From Candidatus Methylomirabilia bacterium (GTDB lineage: Bacteria; Methylomirabilota; Methylomirabilia; Rokubacteriales; CSP1-6), in NCBI GenBank assembly GCA_041492755.1, contig JBGPXN010000076.1, positions 1-21,035 of the forward strand: 21,035 nt of DNA. The letters are read 5' to 3'. Shown here piece by piece: positions 7,192-15,753 of the stretch (its first letter is position 1; every line of letters begins with the position of its first letter). A program made the position numbers and the translations under genes. The notes under the pieces were generated by a model. The model worked only from the letters and a program-made list of their open reading frames with translations. It was not told the DNA's origin and did no database searches.

Positions 7192-8163
7192 TCACTCCTT
7201 CACGTACGGGACGCCGATGGCGCGGGGCGCGACGGCCCGGCCGACGAAGCCGGCCAGGAGGCACACGGTCAGGACGTAGGGAACCGCCTGGATGAGCTGC
7301 ACCGGCACGACGCCGACGATGGGCAGCGGTGTGCCCTGCAGGCGCAGCTGGACCGCGTCGGCGAAGGCGAAGAGGAGGCAGGCGCCGAGCGTCGGCGCCG
7401 GGCGCCACTGTCCGAAGATCAAGGCGGCCAGCGCGAGGTAGCCCTTGCCGGCCGACATGTCGCGGATGAAGGACGCGTGCTGCGCGATCGACAGATACGC
7501 GCCCGACACGCCGCAGAGCACGCCGCTCACGACGAGCGCCTGGTAGCGCGTCGCGGGCACGGAGACGCCCGCGGTGTCGACGGCGCCGGGGCTTTCCCCC
7601 ACGGCGCGCAGGCGCAGGCCGAAGCGCGTTTGGTACACGAGCCACGCCACGAGGGGCACGCTCGCCGCCGCCAGGTAGACGAGCAGGTTGTGGCCGCTCA
7701 GCACCTCTCGGTAGATCCGACCGATGCCCGGCACGCTCGCGAGCGCGTCGACGCCCGGCAGCTCGATGGGCACGAAGCGCGCGCCAGCGCCGAGGAGCGG
7801 CGTCTGACCGCCCTGGTGAAACCAGGCGTAACCCAGCACCGCGGTCAGTCCCGAGAGCGTGATGTTGAGGGCCATGCCCGACACGACCTGGTTGCCGTGG
7901 TGCGTGACGCAGGCGAAGCCGTGCACGAGGCTCACCAGCACGGCCGCGGCGATCCCGGCGCCGAGGCCGGCCCAGGCGGAGCCCGTGACCGCCGCGGTCG
8001 CGGCCGCCGCGAATGCCGCGGCCAGCATCTTGCCCTCGAGCCCGATGTCGACGATGCCCGAGCGCTCCGCGAAGAGCCCGCCCAGCGCGGCCAGCACGAG
8101 GGGAGCGGCCCCACGCGCCGTGGCCGCGGCCACGAGCGCCACGAGCAGAACGGTGTCGCTCAT
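7192..8163 (-). CDS. ABC transporter permease (nucleoside/BMP type, NupC/YufQ-like)
   Basis: Motifs PLVLAALGGLFAERSGIVDIGLEG, NQVVSGMALN, TRFGLRLRAVGE, MSAGKGYLALAALIFGQWRP and PRAIGVPY. ATG 8163 overlaps the upstream stop (ATGA). Confidence 0.92.
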   Translation of the reverse strand: MSDTVLLVALVAAATARGAAPLVLAALGGLFAERSGIVDIGLEGKMLAAAFAAAATAAVTGSAWAGLGAGIAAAVLVSLVHGFACVTHHGNQVVSGMALNITLSGLTAVLGYAWFHQGGQTPLLGAGARFVPIELPGVDALASVPGIGRIYREVLSGHNLLVYLAAASVPLVAWLVYQTRFGLRLRAVGESPGAVDTAGVSVPATRYQALVVSGVLCGVSGAYLSIAQHASFIRDMSAGKGYLALAALIFGQWRPAPTLGACLLFAFADAVQLRLQGTPLPIVGVVPVQLIQAVPYVLTVCLLAGFVGRAVAPRAIGVPYVKE

Positions 8164-9281
8164 GCGGGCCGGCGGAACAGCGAGTCGAGGGGCGCGCGCA
8201 GCGCATGCTCGAGCGCGCCACACACGAGGATGATCAGCCCCTGGATGACCACGACCACGTCGCGGGTGAGCTTCGGCATCTCGAACGACAGCTCGGACCC
8301 ACCCTGGTAGAGGGCGCCGAACAGCACGGCTGCCAGCACGATCCCGAGCGGGTGATTGCGGCCCATCAGCGCGACCGCGATGCCCACGTATCCCGCGCCG
8401 CCGGTGACGTTCAGGAGCAGGCGGTGCTGGACGCCCATGACCTCGTTCAGGCTCATCAGCCCGGCCAGCGCGCCCGAGATCGACATCGCCATGATGACCG
8501 TGTGTCCGGGCCGGATGCCTGCGTAGACGGCGGCCGTCTCGTTGTGGCCGAGGGCGCGCACCTCGTAGCCCCAGCGCGTGTGCCAGAGATAGAACCAGAC
8601 CATCACCCCGGCGGCGAGTGCGCCGAGGGCTGAGAGGTTGACGGGTGAGCGCGCGATCTCCCAGCCGAACCACCGGGCCACGTCGTGAAGCTGGGGCATC
8701 CACGTATTCGAGGCGAACTCCTGCGTCTCCGGCGACTGCTGGCCCGGCTTGATGAGGACGTTGACCAGGAGATGCGTCATCAACGCCGAGGCGATGAAGT
8801 TGAACATGATCGTCGTGATGACGACGTGACTGCCGCGTCGGGCCTGCAGCCACCCGGGCACGAACGCCCACGCGGCGCCGAAGGCCGCGGCCATGACCAC
8901 GCCGGCGGGAACGACGAACATCGTGGGCCATGCGCCGGCGCCGAGACAGAGGAGCGCGACGCCGAGACCGCCGAGCGACGCCTGGCCCTCCGCCCCGATG
9001 TTGAAGAGCCCGGCGTGGAACGCGACCGCGACGGCCAGGCCCGTGAAGACGAAGTTGGTAGCGTAGTAGAGCGTGTAGCCGACGGCCTCGGCGTTGCCGA
9101 ACGCGCCGGTCGCGAGGAGCCGGAGCGCACGCGCCGGATTCTCGCCAACCAGAACGACCACCACGGCAGAGAGCAGGAGCGCCAGCGCGAGGTTGATCAC
9201 CGGCAGCAGCGCCGGCGCGGCCCAGCCGAGCCCCGTTCGAGTCGGAGACGACCCGCTCGCCTGGATTGTTTGCGCGTTCAT
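8160..9281 (-). CDS. ABC transporter permease (nucleoside/BMP type, NupB/YufP-like)
   Basis: Motifs FTGLAVAVAFHAGLFNIGAEGQ, HVVITTIMFNFIA, TRWGYEVRALG and GIAVALMGRNHPLG. The exact start is uncertain because the RBS is weak. Confidence 0.9.
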   Translation of the reverse strand: MNAQTIQASGSSPTRTGLGWAAPALLPVINLALALLLSAVVVVLVGENPARALRLLATGAFGNAEAVGYTLYYATNFVFTGLAVAVAFHAGLFNIGAEGQASLGGLGVALLCLGAGAWPTMFVVPAGVVMAAAFGAAWAFVPGWLQARRGSHVVITTIMFNFIASALMTHLLVNVLIKPGQQSPETQEFASNTWMPQLHDVARWFGWEIARSPVNLSALGALAAGVMVWFYLWHTRWGYEVRALGHNETAAVYAGIRPGHTVIMAMSISGALAGLMSLNEVMGVQHRLLLNVTGGAGYVGIAVALMGRNHPLGIVLAAVLFGALYQGGSELSFEMPKLTRDVVVVIQGLIILVCGALEHALRAPLDSLFRRPA

Positions 9282-9285
9282 TGAA

Positions 9286-9387
9286 TCACTGGAGCGCGTG
9301 ATCGGCGCGGAGCCGGAGCGATTCCGGGATCGTCAGCCCCGACACCTTGGCGGTCGCGAGATCGATCACGAGCGCGACCAGCGCGGT
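9286..9387 (-). pseudogene. 3' remnant of a COG2984/ABC_sub_bind (PF04392) substrate-binding-protein gene
   Basis: Translates TALVALVIDLATAKVSGLTIPESLRLRADHALQ*, matching the family C-terminal pattern (F-E)LVINLKTAKALGLTIPxSLLLRADxVIQ*. No start codon; begins directly after the vapC stop. Confidence 0.75.
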
Positions 9388-9804
9388 CTATCCTCTCGCC
9401 TCCGCCCAGTCGACGACCTGAAGCCCTGCGATCCGCACGAAATGTCGGGTGTTACACGTGGCCACGCCGAAGTGGTGCGCCAGCGCGATGGAAGCGACCG
9501 CAATATCCATGTCGTCGATGAGCGTGCCCCGCGCCTCGAGCTCGGCTTTCTGGTCCCCGAAGATCTCGCTCGCAGTCTCCGTCCAGTCCAGCCATCGCAG
9601 CAGCGCTCTCCAGTGGCGGTACTGCGAACGGAGGAGGCGTGCGCGTCGTGATCGAGCAGGCAACCGTGCAATGCCGTACTGGATCTCCGCCGCCACCGGC
9701 GGGACCAGAAAGAGTTCGCCTGGCCGTCGGTCACCCGCGTGGATGAGGGCCAGTGCGTCTGCCCCCATCACCCGTGAAAGCGCGCTGGTGTCAACGACCA
9801 GCAT
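9388..9804 (-). CDS. vapC: PIN-domain toxin, VapC family
   Basis: 138 aa with VVDTS, AAEIQYG, DDMDIAVASIALAH and ATCNTRHF...GLQVVDW. Start overlaps the antitoxin 3' end. Confidence 0.9.
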   Translation of the reverse strand: MLVVDTSALSRVMGADALALIHAGDRRPGELFLVPPVAAEIQYGIARLPARSRRARLLRSQYRHWRALLRWLDWTETASEIFGDQKAELEARGTLIDDMDIAVASIALAHHFGVATCNTRHFVRIAGLQVVDWAEARG

Positions 9805-10069
9805 CGGTGAATGGAGGCTTGCGACGATTGCGCCGAGCCGTCCGGATTGCCCGCTCCAATGCCTTCCCTGCTGCCGCCAGTTCCTTGCGATCCTTCGGCG
9901 TGAGGTGCGACATCTCGAGAAAGCCCGGCGGCCACTCCCCCAGGTTGTCCTGCAGGAGGCGTTGACAAGCCTCCGTCACGAGCCGATTACGGCTGACCTT
10001 CTTGCGGCCGGCCAGAGTGTCCAGGGCGTGAAGGAGGGTGGCGGGGAGGTGAACCGTCGTGGTCGGCAT
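9791..10069 (-). CDS. Ribbon-helix-helix (CopG-like) antitoxin, 92 aa
   Basis: TTTVHLPATLLHALDTLAGRKKVSRNRLVTEACQRLL is an RHH pattern. AGGAGG RBS before ATG 10069; directly upstream of vapC. Confidence 0.8.
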   Translation of the reverse strand: MPTTTVHLPATLLHALDTLAGRKKVSRNRLVTEACQRLLQDNLGEWPPGFLEMSHLTPKDRKELAAAGKALERAIRTARRNRRKPPFTDAGR

Positions 10070-10080
10070 GCAGCGCGACC

Positions 10081-10098
10081 TCCTATCCGCGAATAGGA
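10081..10098. promoter_or_regulatory. Near-perfect palindrome over the antitoxin RBS (candidate TA operator or RBS hairpin)
   Basis: TCCTATCCGCGAATAGGA: 8 of 9 positions pair. Confidence 0.5.
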
Positions 10099-10150
10099 TA
10101 TATTCACCAGACTTGGCTGGCAACCCGCGCGTCCGGCGGGCACGCTGCCA

Positions 10151-11680
10151 TCACGCCCCCGCAACGCCCGTCATCATGAGGCCCAGCGCCCGCTCGGTCG
10201 CCTCCGCCCCAGGCACGTCGCCGACGATCCGTCCGTCGTGCATCACGAGAATCCGGTCGGCCAGGGCGAGGATCTCGTCCAGCTCGACCGAGACCAGGAG
10301 GACGGCCTTCCCCGCGTCGCGCAGCGCCACCAGGCGGCGGTGGATGAACTCGATCGCTCCGATATCGACGCCGCGGGTGGGCTGGCCGACCAGGAGCAGG
10401 TCGGGGTTTCTGTCCAGCTCGCGGGCCAGGACGATCTTCTGCTGGTTGCCGCCCGAGAAGGCCGAGGTGGGCAGGGCGCCGTTTCCGGGCCGGATGTCGT
10501 ACTCGGCGACCTGGCGCTGGAAGCTCGATGCCACCGCCGCTTTCCGCAAGCGGATCGTGCCGTTGTACGTCGCTTCGTCGTGGTATCCGAGAATCGCGCT
10601 CTCGCGGGCCGCGAAGGGCATGATCAGGCCCATGCGCTGGCGATCCTCGGGCACGTGCGCGAGCCCCAGTCGCCGCAGGCCGCGCGGTGAGCGCTCCCCA
10701 TCCGCGAGCTCCCGAGTCTTCCATCGCAGGTGCCCCGACTTCACGGGGCGGATGCCGGCGAGCGCCTCGAGCAGCTCCGACTGGCCGTTCCCGGCGACGC
10801 CCGCCACCCCCACGATCTCGCCCCGGCGCACCGTGAAGCTGACGCCCTTGACGCGCGCCACGCCGAGCCCATCTTCGACCACAAGGTCGGCCACCTCGAG
10901 CACGGGCTCGCCTGGCCGGTACGCGGCCTTGTCCACGCGGAGGCTCACCGTGCGGCCCACCATCAGCTCGGCGAGCTGCTCCGACGTCGTCTCGGCCGTG
11001 GGTAGCGTCGCGACGACCCGTCCCTGGCGCATGACGGTGACGGCGTCGGTGAGCTCACGGATCTCGCGCAGCTTGTGCGTGATGAGGACGACGGTCTTGC
11101 CCTCCGCGCGGAGGGCTCCGAGGATCCGGAAGAGGCGATCGACCTCCTGGGGCGTCAGGACGGCCGTCGGCTCGTCGAGGATCAAGAGGTCGGCGCCGCG
11201 GTAGAGCGCTTTGAGGATCTCGACGCGCTGGCGCTGGCCCACGCCGAGATTCGCGATGCGCGCGTCCGGATCGACCTCGAGGTGATACTCGCGGCCCAGC
11301 CGCTCGACCTCGGCGCGCGCCCGCGTCATGCCCGCCCGGAGCCGGAAGCCGCCCTCCACTCCGAGGACGACGTTTTCCAGGACGGTGAACGGCTCCACCA
11401 GCATGAAATGCTGGTGCACCATGCCGATGCCGGCGGCCAGGGCATCCTGGGCGCTGCGGAGGGCCGCCGGCCGGCCGCGCACGAGGATCTCGCCTCGGTC
11501 GGGCTGGTAGTAGCCGAAGAGGATGCGCATCAGAGTCGACTTGCCGGCGCCGTTCTCGCCCACGAGTCCGTGGATCGTGGCCTGGCGCACGGCGAGCGAC
11601 ACGTCGCGGTTGGCGTGAACGTCGCCGAACCGCTTGTCGATGCCCCGCAGCTCGATGACCGGCGGGGCGGCCCGGTCCAC
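10151..11680 (-). CDS. ABC transporter ATP-binding protein, two-domain CUT2 type (NupA/YufO-like), 509 aa
   Basis: Motifs GENGAGKST, GMVHQHF, QRVEILKAL, LDEPTAVL, GVAGNGQ, PEDR, SGGNQQK and QPTRGVD. GTG 11680 overlaps the upstream stop (TAGTG); the 12094 start in the track overlaps the BMP gene. Confidence 0.93.
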   Translation of the reverse strand: MDRAAPPVIELRGIDKRFGDVHANRDVSLAVRQATIHGLVGENGAGKSTLMRILFGYYQPDRGEILVRGRPAALRSAQDALAAGIGMVHQHFMLVEPFTVLENVVLGVEGGFRLRAGMTRARAEVERLGREYHLEVDPDARIANLGVGQRQRVEILKALYRGADLLILDEPTAVLTPQEVDRLFRILGALRAEGKTVVLITHKLREIRELTDAVTVMRQGRVVATLPTAETTSEQLAELMVGRTVSLRVDKAAYRPGEPVLEVADLVVEDGLGVARVKGVSFTVRRGEIVGVAGVAGNGQSELLEALAGIRPVKSGHLRWKTRELADGERSPRGLRRLGLAHVPEDRQRMGLIMPFAARESAILGYHDEATYNGTIRLRKAAVASSFQRQVAEYDIRPGNGALPTSAFSGGNQQKIVLARELDRNPDLLLVGQPTRGVDIGAIEFIHRRLVALRDAGKAVLLVSVELDEILALADRILVMHDGRIVGDVPGAEATERALGLMMTGVAGA

Positions 11681-12672
11681 TACTTCGCCATGTAGTCGGT
11701 GACCTTGATCTTGCCGGCCACGATGTCGCCGCGCGCCTGCCCGAGCCGCCGCTCCATCTCCGGCGTGATGAGACTGCGGTTGTGCTGATCCAGCGCGTAA
11801 CCGACCGCGTTCTCGGCGACGCCCAGGTTGCGCAGACCCGGCTTCCACGTCCCCTCCTTCGCGGTCTTGAAGGCCTCGTAGACGGCGAGGTCCACGCGCT
11901 TGACCATCGAGGTCAGGATGGTGCCGGGGTGGATGTGATTCTGATTCGAGTCGACGCCGATGGCCAGTCGCCCCCTGTCCTTGGCCGCCTGGAGCACGCC
12001 GAGCCCCGTCCCGCCGGCGGCGGCGTAGACGACGTCGGCGCCCCGGTCGAATTGGCTGCGCGCCAACTCGCCGCCCCGGGTCGGGTCGTTCCACGCGGCC
12101 GGCGTCGTCCCCGTCATGTTCTGGAAGATTTCGATCTTCGGGTTGACGTACCGGGCGCCTTCTTCGTAGCCGCGGGCGAACTTGCGGATCAGCGGGATGT
12201 CCATCCCGCCGACGAACCCGATCTTGCCGGTCCTGGAGGCCATGGCGGCCGCCATCCCGACCAGGAACGAACCCTCGTGCTCCTTGAAGACGACCGATTG
12301 AACGTTGGGTAGGTCCACGATCGCGTCGACGATGGCGAACTTCGTGGCGGGGAACTCCCTGGCGACCTTCTCCATGCCGGAGGCCTGGCCGAAGCCGATC
12401 CCGACGACGATCTGGACACCGCGACGCGCCATGTTGCGCAGAGCCTGCTCACGCTGGGCCTCGTTGGTCACCTCGAACTCGCGATAGGCGATCCCGGTCT
12501 CTTTCTTGAAGCGCTCGGCGCCGGTGTAGGCCGCCTCGTTGAACGACTTGTCGAACTTCCCGCCCATGTCGAACACGATGGCGGGAGCGAAGTCCTGGGC
12601 CATGGCGGCGCCGGCCCGGACCGTCATGGCGAGCGTGAGGACGGCAACCGCGAACGTTCTCGGGAGTGTCAT
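11680..12672 (-). CDS. BMP-family ABC substrate-binding protein (purine nucleoside receptor-like)
   Basis: Signal peptide ending AMA-Q, then GGKFDKSFN, FKEHEGSFLVG, IGFVGGMDIPLI, GADVVYAAAGGTG, AIGVDSNQ and LTSMVKRVD. Confidence 0.93.
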   Translation of the reverse strand: MTLPRTFAVAVLTLAMTVRAGAAMAQDFAPAIVFDMGGKFDKSFNEAAYTGAERFKKETGIAYREFEVTNEAQREQALRNMARRGVQIVVGIGFGQASGMEKVAREFPATKFAIVDAIVDLPNVQSVVFKEHEGSFLVGMAAAMASRTGKIGFVGGMDIPLIRKFARGYEEGARYVNPKIEIFQNMTGTTPAAWNDPTRGGELARSQFDRGADVVYAAAGGTGLGVLQAAKDRGRLAIGVDSNQNHIHPGTILTSMVKRVDLAVYEAFKTAKEGTWKPGLRNLGVAENAVGYALDQHNRSLITPEMERRLGQARGDIVAGKIKVTDYMAK

Positions 12673-12723
12673 GATCTGCGTTCCCCTTGAGCGCCCCGAT
12701 GATAGCGATCAGCCGTGCGTTCG

Positions 12724-12856
12724 CCTAGTTGACTCGGAGGGGGGCTTCGCCCCCCTTCCGACGCTCCGCGGGCCTTTGGCCCGCTCCGCTGCCTCCCCCC
12801 AGGATTGCGCCGGCAAAGCCGGCGCTCGAACGCGGATTATCCCGACACATTCCTAG
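12724..12856. repeat. REP/MITE-like palindromic element flanked by CCTAG direct repeats
   Basis: CCTAG at 12724-12728 and 12852-12856. Three GC hairpins: GGAGGGGGGC-TTC-GCCCCCCTTC (12736-12758), GCGGGCC-TTT-GGCCCGC (12768-12784) and GCGCCGGC-AAA-GCCGGCGC (12807-12825). Confidence 0.65.
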
Positions 12857-13007
12857 GCTAGCGTCCAGGCCGGCCCGGGCGGTCGTACCAATCGCGCTAT
12901 CATTCGCCGATGGCCGCCGGCGGAATAGAGACCGTATGCGCGTTGCGCGGGCCCGTGCTGGCGGCGCCGCCGCGATTCGGCTACGCTCAAGCCCCCATGG
13001 CGCCCGG

Positions 13008-13019
13008 GTTATCGATAAC
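13008..13019. promoter_or_regulatory. Perfect 12-bp palindrome GTTATCGATAAC (LacI-family-like operator candidate)
   Basis: AT-rich perfect palindrome with a central CG, located between the divergent nucleoside ABC operon and the phosphatase gene. Confidence 0.4.
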
Positions 13020-13079
13020 GATCTACAGTCGCCGTTCCTGCCCGGCTTGAAGGCCCGCGCTCCCTCGAGGAGAAGCTCG

Positions 13080-13949
13080 ATGATCGGCACGATTCGGATC
13101 CGCATGCCACGTCGTTCGCTGGCCGCGCTGCTCCTGGTCGTCGTGCTCGGGCTGGCCGCGCCCGCGGTGGCCCAGGACCCGCCCGCCCATGACCTGCTCA
13201 ACGCCGTGCTCTGGATGCAGCGGTCGGTCGAATACCAGGCCACCGCCCTCACGGCGTTCGCGCTGGCCCGGATCCGTCTCGACCAGGCGCTGGCCGATCC
13301 GAACTGGACCGCCGCGCCCGCCGAGCAGACCGGCGCCTACCAGGCGCTGCCGCCGGCCGTGATCCTGGACGTCGACGAGTCGATCCTCGACAACTCGGGC
13401 TACCAGGCGTGGATGGTCTTCAAGAACACGACGTTCGATCCGAAGACGTGGAATGCGTACGTCAACACGGTGACGTCGCGCGCCATCCCGGGCGCGGTCG
13501 AGTTTGCCCGCTACGCGGACGCCAAGGGCGTGAAGGTGTTCTACCTCTCCAACCGGATCGCCGAGGAAGAGCCGGCGACGCGCAAGAACCTCGAGAGGTA
13601 TGGCTTTCCGATAGGCGGCAACGTCGACACCATGTTGATGACCCGCAAGCAACCGCAATGGGGCTCGGCGAAGGGGCCGCGCCGGGCCCACGTCGCCAAG
13701 AGCTATAGGATCCTGCTCAACATCGGCGACAACTTCGGCGATTTCGTCGACGACTACCGGGGCAGCGAGACCGAACGCCAGAAGGTCATGGACCAGCACA
13801 AGGATCGCTGGGGACGCGAGTGGATCATGATCGCGAACCCCAGCTACGGCTCGTTCGAGTCGGCGCCCTTTCTCCACAACTTCAAGCTGTCCGATGGCGA
13901 GAAGCGCAAGGCCAAGCGCGGGGTCCTGGACGCGTGGCCGGGACCGTGA
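13080..13949 (+). CDS. Secreted class C acid phosphatase / 5'-nucleotidase, e(P4) family (HAD)
   Basis: Motifs WMQRSVEY, ILDVDESILDNS, AIPGAVEF, VFYLSNR, IGDNFGDF and ANPSYGSFE; signal peptide ending AVA-Q. GAGGAG RBS before ATG 13080; alternative start 13104. Confidence 0.9.
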   Translation: MIGTIRIRMPRRSLAALLLVVVLGLAAPAVAQDPPAHDLLNAVLWMQRSVEYQATALTAFALARIRLDQALADPNWTAAPAEQTGAYQALPPAVILDVDESILDNSGYQAWMVFKNTTFDPKTWNAYVNTVTSRAIPGAVEFARYADAKGVKVFYLSNRIAEEEPATRKNLERYGFPIGGNVDTMLMTRKQPQWGSAKGPRRAHVAKSYRILLNIGDNFGDFVDDYRGSETERQKVMDQHKDRWGREWIMIANPSYGSFESAPFLHNFKLSDGEKRKAKRGVLDAWPGP

Positions 13950-14006
13950 CGGGCGCGATGTGGTACATCTCCTTCGCCGTGCAGCGGACTCGATGAGGAG
14001 GAATTC

Positions 14007-15671
14007 ATGAAAGTGAAGGCGGTCAACGGCTTCGCGCGCATCCTCAAGGCCGAGGGCATTCCGTGGGTGAGCTGCTACCCCACCAGCCCCGTGAACAACG
14101 CGCTCGGCGAAGAGGGCGTCCCCATCTTGATGATGGGTGAGGAGCGTTTCGCGGTCGCGGTGGCGGACGCGTATTCGCGCGTGACGTGCGGCAAGCAGAT
14201 CGGCACCTGCACGGTGATGGCGGGCCTGAACGCTGCCGGCATCCAGATGGCGTTCGGCGCCATCGCGCAAGCGTGGGAGGACTCGTCACCCATTCTCGTC
14301 ATCGCCGAGGGTGTGGGCGCGGGCAATGCGCGACACACGCATTTCGACATGGCGAGCGCGTTCAAGCCGGTGACGAAGTGGGTCGGCGAGATCGACCGCG
14401 CTGAGCTCGTACCCGATTACTTGCGCCGGGCCTTCACGCATCTGCGGTCCGGCCGGCCCGGCCCCGTGCTCCTGCTCATCCCGCGCGACCTCGGGGAGTA
14501 CGAGGAAGACGAGCATCCCTACACGCCGGTGAAGGGCTGGCGCTCGGGCCCCGATCCGGACGACGTCACCGCGGCCATCAAGACGCTGATCGCCGCCAAG
14601 GATCCGCTGCTCTTCGTCGGCGAGGGCGTGTACTACGCCGACGCCACCACCGAGCTGCTGAAGTTCGCGGAGCTGGCCCAGGTGCCGGTGCTGACGACGC
14701 TGAAAGCCAAGGGCGCCTTCCCCGAGAACCATCCGCTCTCGGTCGGCGTGCGCGGCTCGCACGCCGAGCACTTCCTGCGCAAGTGCGACGTCCTGTTCTC
14801 GATCGGCTCGAGCCTCTTCCCGAATCGCTTCAGCCACGCGATCCCGGACGCCGAGAAGAAGACGATCGTCCAGTGCACGATCGACACCCTCGACATCAAC
14901 CGCAGCTACGAGACGCGCCAGGCGGTGATCGGCGACGCCAAGCTCACCCTGCAGGCGCTCAGCGAGGAGCTGTCCAGGCGCACGGGCGGTGGGCGCAAGA
15001 ACCCGGCCGTGCTGGAGGAGATCCGCACCGCCAAGCAGGCGTTCCTGGCGAAGTTCCGCCCGCTCATGGAGTCGAACGAAACGCCGATCAACCCGTACCG
15101 CGTCCTCGGCGACCTCATGAAGGTGCTCGATCCCAAGAACTCGTTCGTGACCGCCGACTCCGGCAACACCCGGGACCAGACCAGCACCGTGTACGAGGCG
15201 CAGATCCCGCGCGGCCACCTGGGCTGGGGCAACGTCTCCACCCTGGGCTTCAGCCTGGCCGGCGCGCTCGGAGCGAAGCTCGCGTTTCCGAACCGCCAGT
15301 GCGTCAACGTCACCGGTGACGCCGGCGTCTGCTACATGATGGGCAACTTCGAGGCGGCGGCACGCTACGGCCTCGGCATCACGACCATCCACATCAACAA
15401 TGGCGGCTACTCCGGCTACGGCCCCGGCTTCTGGGGCGGCGGCCACGATCCGTTCACGTGGAAGGTGTCCGACCACGGCTCGGCCTGCATGGCGTCCATG
15501 GCCAAGGCCGTGGGTTTCCACAGCGAGGACGTGACCCAGCCGGCGGAGATCATCCCGGCGCTCAAGCGCGCCCTGGACGAGAACGCCAGGAACCGGCCGG
15601 CGTTTCTGGAGTTTATCTGCTCGCACCATCCTGTGCACGGCGGCTGGGTACGGGGCGGAGGGGGCCACTAG
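14007..15671 (+). CDS. Thiamine-diphosphate-dependent enzyme, acetolactate synthase/decarboxylase-like family; substrate unknown
   Basis: Catalytic Glu region GEERFAVAVADAYSR, SGRPGPV, FPENHPL, TLGFSL and ThDP motif GDAG...INNGG. GAGGAGG RBS. Confidence 0.9.
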   Translation: MKVKAVNGFARILKAEGIPWVSCYPTSPVNNALGEEGVPILMMGEERFAVAVADAYSRVTCGKQIGTCTVMAGLNAAGIQMAFGAIAQAWEDSSPILVIAEGVGAGNARHTHFDMASAFKPVTKWVGEIDRAELVPDYLRRAFTHLRSGRPGPVLLLIPRDLGEYEEDEHPYTPVKGWRSGPDPDDVTAAIKTLIAAKDPLLFVGEGVYYADATTELLKFAELAQVPVLTTLKAKGAFPENHPLSVGVRGSHAEHFLRKCDVLFSIGSSLFPNRFSHAIPDAEKKTIVQCTIDTLDINRSYETRQAVIGDAKLTLQALSEELSRRTGGGRKNPAVLEEIRTAKQAFLAKFRPLMESNETPINPYRVLGDLMKVLDPKNSFVTADSGNTRDQTSTVYEAQIPRGHLGWGNVSTLGFSLAGALGAKLAFPNRQCVNVTGDAGVCYMMGNFEAAARYGLGITTIHINNGGYSGYGPGFWGGGHDPFTWKVSDHGSACMASMAKAVGFHSEDVTQPAEIIPALKRALDENARNRPAFLEFICSHHPVHGGWVRGGGGH

Positions 15672-15672
15672 G

Positions 15673-15753
15673 CTGCTGAAGATCACCAACCGCCTGAAGT
15701 CGATGGGGCCGGCCGGGACGACGACGGGAAAATCGAAGCGCGCGGCACGCTGA
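15673..15753 (+). pseudogene. Possible 3' remnant of a deleted gene
   Basis: LLKITNRLKSMGPAGTTTGKSKRAAR* with coding-like codons (CTG CTG AAG ATC ACC AAC CGC CTG AAG TCG). Starts 1 bp after the ThDP gene stop. Confidence 0.3.

Noticed and set aside
5216..7279. Long antisense or alternate-frame ORFs (e.g. 5216-7279, 1146-2555, 2125-3354, 14286-15689, 16623-17774, 19813-20874)
   Set aside because: They overlap well-supported genes and have no motifs; such ORFs are expected in high-GC DNA.
12857..13079. Purine or other riboswitch upstream of the nucleoside transporter or phosphatase
   Set aside because: No recognisable aptamer consensus by eye; an Rfam scan would be needed to exclude it.
7192..13949. 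Extended N-termini in the track (7192-8931, 10151-12094, 12729-13949)
   Set aside because: The extensions overlap neighbouring genes or the repeat element. Downstream starts have an RBS or stop/start overlaps.
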